Shown here piece by piece: positions 60,037 to 64,000 of a stretch of 64,000 nucleotides of DNA; position 1 is the stretch's first letter; every line of letters starts with the position of its first letter. Position numbers and translations under genes: made by a program. The notes beneath the pieces were generated by a model. It saw only the letters and a program-made list of their open reading frames with translations, was not told the origin of the DNA and ran no database searches. Location of the stretch: positions 1,056,001-1,120,000 of the forward strand of contig CAVSOU010000010.1 of NCBI GenBank assembly GCA_963729625.1. The letters are read 5' to 3'. This DNA is from an uncultured bacterium (GTDB lineage Bacteria > Chloroflexota > UBA5177 > JANWHV01).

Positions 60037-61464
60037 CTAGAGGTTTGCGAGATCATTCTGATACTGTTTGTACTGCGCCTCGGCCAGGGTCTGGATGGCC
60101 TGCGCGCCCTGCGCAGCGGTCATCTTGCCCAGCCGAACCGACTGGGACGAGCTGACGATGGCATCGATGATCTTGTTGTAGTAGCCAACCTCGCCGATAT
60201 GCTTGCAAGTCTCGTACATGGTCCTGACTTGCGGAATGCCGTCCACCTGATACGTCGCGTTCGTGGAGTACGGCTTGGCGAAGCGAGATATGTCGTGGTC
60301 GAGAATCGGCTTCCAGGCGACAATGGCCACACCACCATAGATCCGGTCATAGATTATCTGGCCGGCATACGAGCATACCAGTCGCAGGAAGGCATCCGCC
60401 GCGTTCGGGCTATGGGCCTTGGAGGACTCAACCAGGCCCCACCCCTGTCCGGAACCCACCGCGACCGGCACGTTACCGTTCACCTTCGGGCTGCCGGAGA
60501 TCTGGAAGTCGTAACCCAGCGCGGGACCAAAGATCGAGGCTGACCCGTTGGTCAGGCTGATCGCGCATTCGCCCTTCAGCGCCACGTTCTCCACGGCAAT
60601 GTTGTCACCCCATTCGCGCTCGATCCCCATCTTGACAGGGGTCTCTACGTGGAGCTTCATCGCCTCGACGCCGGCCGGAGAATTATAGTTGAACTTCTTG
60701 GTTGCAGGATCGAATACAGGCGTACCCTGGGTCTCGATGAGCATGTTGATGGCCGCATCGTCCCAGCCCTCGCCGCACAGGCCGTAACGGGTGACTTTGC
60801 CGCCGGACGACGCTTGCAGCGCCTTGGCTAGCTTGAACAGCTGGTCATAGCTGTCGAACCAGAACGACCCGTTCGTGGGCGGATACTGGCTGGCCAGGCC
60901 CGCTGCCTTGACCAGGTCGACCCGCACGTTGCAGAACGAGCCCAGACCGCCATCGCATTCCAGCGGCACACCATAGATTTTGCCGCGCCATGAGAACTCG
61001 TCAACCCCATCGCCGACAATATCGCGAGATATGACGATATGGTTGGCGTCGTATACGTTGCTCTTGATATCCTTCAAGGCGCCTTGGGCGGCGAGCAGCG
61101 TGAGGTTCTGGCCGGTGTTCGCACAGATGTCGGGCTGCGTACCCGCGGCGGTTGCGGCAATGAACTTGGTAGCGACAATCGCCGAGTTCAGGGCCGCCGC
61201 TGCTTGCGGTCTGAGGGAGATAGTCGTCCCCGTCTGCTTCTTGAATAGAGCAATTTGCTCGTTGAAGGCATTGATGTGGGGCTGCCACAGCATACACCAC
61301 ATTGTCGCTGTGGATTCGAGGCTTGCCGCACGTACCGCCGCCGGGGCCGCCTCGGCTACCGATTTGACGCCTGCCTCGAGACCGGTGGCCACGGCCATGC
61401 CGGCGCCAACCGTTCCTGCCGCAGCCTTAAGAAAATCACGCCTACTCGTTGGCCTTGCACTCAT
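60037..61464 (-). CDS. carbohydrate ABC substrate-binding protein, Tat-exported
   Basis: SRRDFLK twin-arginine signal, AAGTQPD and GKIYGVP motifs. Confidence 0.87.
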   Translation of the reverse strand: MSARPTSRRDFLKAAAGTVGAGMAVATGLEAGVKSVAEAAPAAVRAASLESTATMWCMLWQPHINAFNEQIALFKKQTGTTISLRPQAAAALNSAIVATKFIAATAAGTQPDICANTGQNLTLLAAQGALKDIKSNVYDANHIVISRDIVGDGVDEFSWRGKIYGVPLECDGGLGSFCNVRVDLVKAAGLASQYPPTNGSFWFDSYDQLFKLAKALQASSGGKVTRYGLCGEGWDDAAINMLIETQGTPVFDPATKKFNYNSPAGVEAMKLHVETPVKMGIEREWGDNIAVENVALKGECAISLTNGSASIFGPALGYDFQISGSPKVNGNVPVAVGSGQGWGLVESSKAHSPNAADAFLRLVCSYAGQIIYDRIYGGVAIVAWKPILDHDISRFAKPYSTNATYQVDGIPQVRTMYETCKHIGEVGYYNKIIDAIVSSSQSVRLGKMTAAQGAQAIQTLAEAQYKQYQNDLANL

Positions 61465-61645
61465 AGCATTCAACTCCTCTGTGAGGTTCCAGTGTGATGA
61501 CTAAGTGCTAACGATTCCCGTAGGCAGCCGGCTCCTCTCTCTTCACCTCCTACCACTCAGCCCGACCGTCGCAAATGGGCAGCCGAGGCGCCTTCCAACT
61601 CTGACGAGACTGGAACGCATTTCACTCTAGCTCATAATCGCTGCT

Positions 61646-61664
61646 AGTGTCAACAGTCAGCAAT
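61646..61664. promoter_or_regulatory. operator/-35 element upstream of the SBP gene
   Basis: On the minus strand, TTGCTGACTGTTGACACT contains ACTGTTGACACT; TTGACA is followed 18 bp later by TAGAGT. Confidence 0.5.
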
Positions 61665-61965
61665 AGGGCAGGTACGGTCTGCAGATAGTCAAGGAACCCG
61701 CTTGGACTCGGACGAATAGGCTCTCGACTGGCCGATCCGAATGCTGCAGGCGGCCACCACAAGCAGATCAATCCGGCCGCGCGTCTCTTCTAGCCGACTT
61801 CGTCGAAGGCTCCTTGGCCTACGTGCACTCGCCTATCGAGCGTTTCCCTCGCAGAGCCTTCAGTCCGCCCGGCAGATCGTGCGGTGGCATGGGTCCTGAA
61901 AGCACATACTCCCAGCTGACCTCAAGCATATACTCCCTTCTGATCATCGGACCTCAGCGGATTCG

Positions 61966-63441
61966 CTACCCGTACGACCGGATATACACGGCCTTGTGGT
62001 CCGAAAAGAACTGAGCCCCAGCTCTCCCGGCCTCCGGCAGGCCGCGAGCGGAATCCTTCACGCCACCGAACTCGAGCTGCGGCTCCTTCCAGGAAGTCGG
62101 CATGTTGACGTGGCACAGGCCTGCTTCAACTTCTTCGACAAAACGATGCGCCCTTGCCAGATCATTGGTATAGATCGAGGCCGCGAGTCCATAGGTACTG
62201 TCGTTGGCCAGATCGATCGCGTCGTCGAAATCCGCCGCACGCATCACGGAAAGCACCGGGCCAAAGATTTCCTCCTGGGCGATCCTCATGCCCGGAGTGA
62301 CTTCGGCGAAAACCGTGGGCGCTACGAAGTACCCACTCGCACGCGTGCCATCCGTGAGAGCGATGCCGCCGCGGCACAGCCGGGCGCCCTCCCGCGTTCC
62401 AATCTCCAGGTATTCCAGGATCGTCTGATACTGTTTCGCGCCGGCCACTGGCCCCATGCGCGTGCTTTCGTCGAGGCCGCTCCCCACGACGATTTGATCC
62501 ACGCCTGCAGCCAGCCTCTCGAGGAAGGCGTCGTAGATTGGCGCTTCGACGATCGCTCTGCTCGTCGACGTACACCATTGGCCGCTGCAGGAATAGGCGC
62601 CAAGCAGTGTCGCCCCCACCGCCGCGTCGAGGTCGGCGTCGGCGAGCACGACCAGCGGGTTCTTGCCGCCCATTTCCAGCTGCACCCTGGTGCGGCGATG
62701 CGCGACCTTCGCGGCTATGCTCAGACCGACTTCGGTCGAGCCGGTGAACGAGATCGCCCGTACCTCCGGATGCGTCACCAGGCTGTCGCCGATCACCGAT
62801 CCACGGCCCGTCACGAGGTTGATAACGCCTGGAGGGAACCCCACCTGATTGACGATCTCGACCAGGAGCGCCGCCGTCATTGGGGTGAACTCCGCCGGCT
62901 TGAGCACGCAACAATTCCCCGCGATCACGGCTGGGAAGAGCTTGCGGCATGCCACGTTCAGTGGAAAGTTCCAGGGCGTGATCAGACTGACGACCCCCAG
63001 CGGCTGCCGCGTGAGGTAACACAGCACCCCGGGTTTCTCGGAGGGCACGAGGTCGCCTCCCAGTCGGCGCCCTTCCCCAATCTGGAACTCGGCCTCCTTC
63101 ACGGCCGATTCGAATTCCGCACGCGCTTCCCGCAGGGTCTTGCCATTTTCGAGCGTGATGGCGCGCGTAAAGTCGTCCTGGCGCTGCCTGAGCACTCGCA
63201 CTACCTCTTGCAGCAAGGCGGCCCGCGCCGGCACGGGCGTGCGGCGCCAGCCAGGAAAGGCCGCGGCGGCAGCCTCCATGGCATCGCCAACGTCCTCCGG
63301 TGACGAGGCCTGAACTTCGCAGAGGACTTCGTCACGGTCGGCAGGATTGATATCAGGGACCGTTGCGCCTGACCTGCAGCGCATCCAATGGCCGCCGACA
63401 TAGTTCTCAAAGGTTCGCACGCCAATCTGCCCGGCTACCAT
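61966..63441 (-). CDS. aldehyde dehydrogenase (alpha-ketoglutaric semialdehyde dehydrogenase-like)
   Basis: ITPWNFP, SFTGS, LEMGGKN, SGQWCTS and EEIFGPV motifs. Confidence 0.93.
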   Translation of the reverse strand: MVAGQIGVRTFENYVGGHWMRCRSGATVPDINPADRDEVLCEVQASSPEDVGDAMEAAAAAFPGWRRTPVPARAALLQEVVRVLRQRQDDFTRAITLENGKTLREARAEFESAVKEAEFQIGEGRRLGGDLVPSEKPGVLCYLTRQPLGVVSLITPWNFPLNVACRKLFPAVIAGNCCVLKPAEFTPMTAALLVEIVNQVGFPPGVINLVTGRGSVIGDSLVTHPEVRAISFTGSTEVGLSIAAKVAHRRTRVQLEMGGKNPLVVLADADLDAAVGATLLGAYSCSGQWCTSTSRAIVEAPIYDAFLERLAAGVDQIVVGSGLDESTRMGPVAGAKQYQTILEYLEIGTREGARLCRGGIALTDGTRASGYFVAPTVFAEVTPGMRIAQEEIFGPVLSVMRAADFDDAIDLANDSTYGLAASIYTNDLARAHRFVEEVEAGLCHVNMPTSWKEPQLEFGGVKDSARGLPEAGRAGAQFFSDHKAVYIRSYG

Positions 63442-64000
63442 ATGGTGAACCCTCCGTCGATATAAAGGACAGAGCCGGTCATGAAGGAGGATGCGCTAGA
63501 TGCCAGGAACACAATCGCCCCTTTGAGCTCGTCGAGCTCCCCGTAACGCTTCATCGGCGTTCCGGCAATAATGCGCTCCCTGATCGCTGCGCTGCTGGCG
63601 CTGACGGCGGTTTGAGGCGTCAGAATATACCCTGGGGCGAGGGCATTCACGCGGATGCCATACCCTGCCCACTCCGCGGCCATTCCTCGCGTCAACTGGG
63701 CGATCCCCGCCTTTGCCACGCAGTAGGTCACGTTATGCCGCGGCAGGATGTTGCTGATCACGGTCGCATTGATCGACGCGATGTTGATGATCACGCCACC
63801 GCGACCCCGGCCGATCATGCGCTGCGCGACTCGCTTACCCACGTAGAACGCGCTGGAGAGATTGACGTCGACGATGTCCCTCCAGAGCTCATCGTCAACA
63901 GTCTCCAGCGCAACACCCTCCGACGGGTGTGCCGCGTTATTGACCAAAATGTCAACAGGCCCCAGCGCATCCTCGACGTCAAGCAGAAACCTGTCGATCT
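63435..64000 (-). CDS. SDR family oxidoreductase (5' end beyond the window)
   Basis: DILVNNA, YCVAK, RVNALAPG and IDGG motifs; frame open to the window end. Confidence 0.88.
   Translation of the reverse strand, partial: IDRFLLDVEDALGPVDILVNNAAHPSEGVALETVDDELWRDIVDVNLSSAFYVGKRVAQRMIGRGRGGVIINIASINATVISNILPRHNVTYCVAKAGIAQLTRGMAAEWAGYGIRVNALAPGYILTPQTAVSASSAAIRERIIAGTPMKRYGELDELKGAIVFLASSASSFMTGSVLYIDGGFTIW

Noticed and set aside
61503-61511. CIRCE element (AAGTGCTAA resembles a half-site)
   Set aside because: There is no matching second arm at 9-bp spacing, and it is far from the groEL paralog.
4930-63303. Long antisense ORFs (e.g. 4930-6474, 7299-8246, 45890-47017, 55170-56321, 61996-63303)
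   Set aside because: These are shadow frames of well-supported genes, expected at high GC.
1-64000. CRISPR arrays, IS elements, prophage, tRNA or rRNA
   Set aside because: I saw no spaced repeats, transposase/integrase/phage proteins or structural RNA signatures.

Overview
A GC-rich (about 64% by eye) bacterial chromosomal segment, probably from a Chloroflexota-like or other Terrabacteria organism (inference from gene style). I found no rRNA, tRNA, CRISPR array or intact mobile element. The window is a run of accessory metabolic modules. (1) 1.2-10.7 kb: a YeiH exporter and a CsoR/CstR-type repressor with two operators, divergent from a tusA-mvhD-like-hdrL-hdrA-wHTH-hdrC-like-hdrB/D-like-dsrE operon. 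(2) 12.5-30 kb: a peptide-ABC and amide-hydrolase catabolic cluster, with a frameshift in one ATPase gene. (3) 30-34.7 kb: a copper module made of an RPPP-ending membrane protein, CopC and a large CopC-CopD-YtkA-like-beta-propeller fusion. (4) 35-41.5 kb: an asparaginase and a group 3b [NiFe]-hydrogenase operon. (5) 41.6-64 kb: a sugar-ABC/oxidoreductase/P450 region marked by a recurring ACTGT-N2-ACAGT palindrome and containing a degenerate GroEL paralog without GroES. The best candidates for undescribed biology are the persulfide-linked split-HdrA system, the RPPP arrest-peptide-like leader of the copper operon, and the degenerate operon-embedded chaperonin. All assignments come from motif recognition by eye; no database search was run.
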